From Octopus bimaculoides (lineage: Eukaryota), in contig NC_068982.1 of assembly GCF_001194135.2 (NCBI RefSeq), positions 60,065,555-60,129,554 on the forward strand: DNA of 64,000 nt, given 5' to 3'. The notes beneath the pieces are model-generated. The model made no database searches. It was given only the letters and a program-made list of their open reading frames with translations, and was not told where the DNA came from. Positions 63,891-64,000 of this stretch are shown here, piece by piece. The stretch's first letter is position 1; every line of letters begins with the position of its first letter. A program made the translations under genes and the position numbers.

Positions 63891-64000
63891 CAGGAGTGGC
63901 TATGTGGTAAGTAGCTTGCTTACCAGCCACATGGTTCCTGGTTCAGTCTCACTGCGTGGCACCTTGGGCAAGTGTCTTCTACTATAGCCTCGGGCCGACC
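63891..64000 (+). mobile_element. SINE family A head, cut by the window edge
   Basis: Near-consensus head. Confidence 0.9.

Overview
This is AT-rich, microsatellite-dense, repeat-saturated animal non-coding DNA from a gapped draft scaffold with six N-runs. The dominant SINE families look like those of octopus; this is my recognition, not a database check. I cannot support any intact host protein-coding gene, and nearly all ORFs in the track are microsatellite, N-gap or transposon artefacts. Supported content: one tRNA-Asp(GTC) gene; dozens of tRNA-derived SINE copies from at least three modular families; relics of an RTE LINE (with a PHD-type finger inside the RT region), mariner, Tc1/maT, hAT and Gypsy gag-protease; piggyBac- and hAT-type MITEs; and a ~870-bp foldback element. 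The main signal is seven loci with minimal type I hammerhead ribozyme motifs of the Penelope/retrozyme class, each with a palindromic helix III, from several unrelated sequence families. One (1458-1529) is fully intact. One lies inside a tRNA-headed SINE-like unit with a Penelope-style inverted duplication (21566-21970), and a deleted relative of that unit is at 45539-45663. All structures were paired by hand and most repeat boundaries are approximate.
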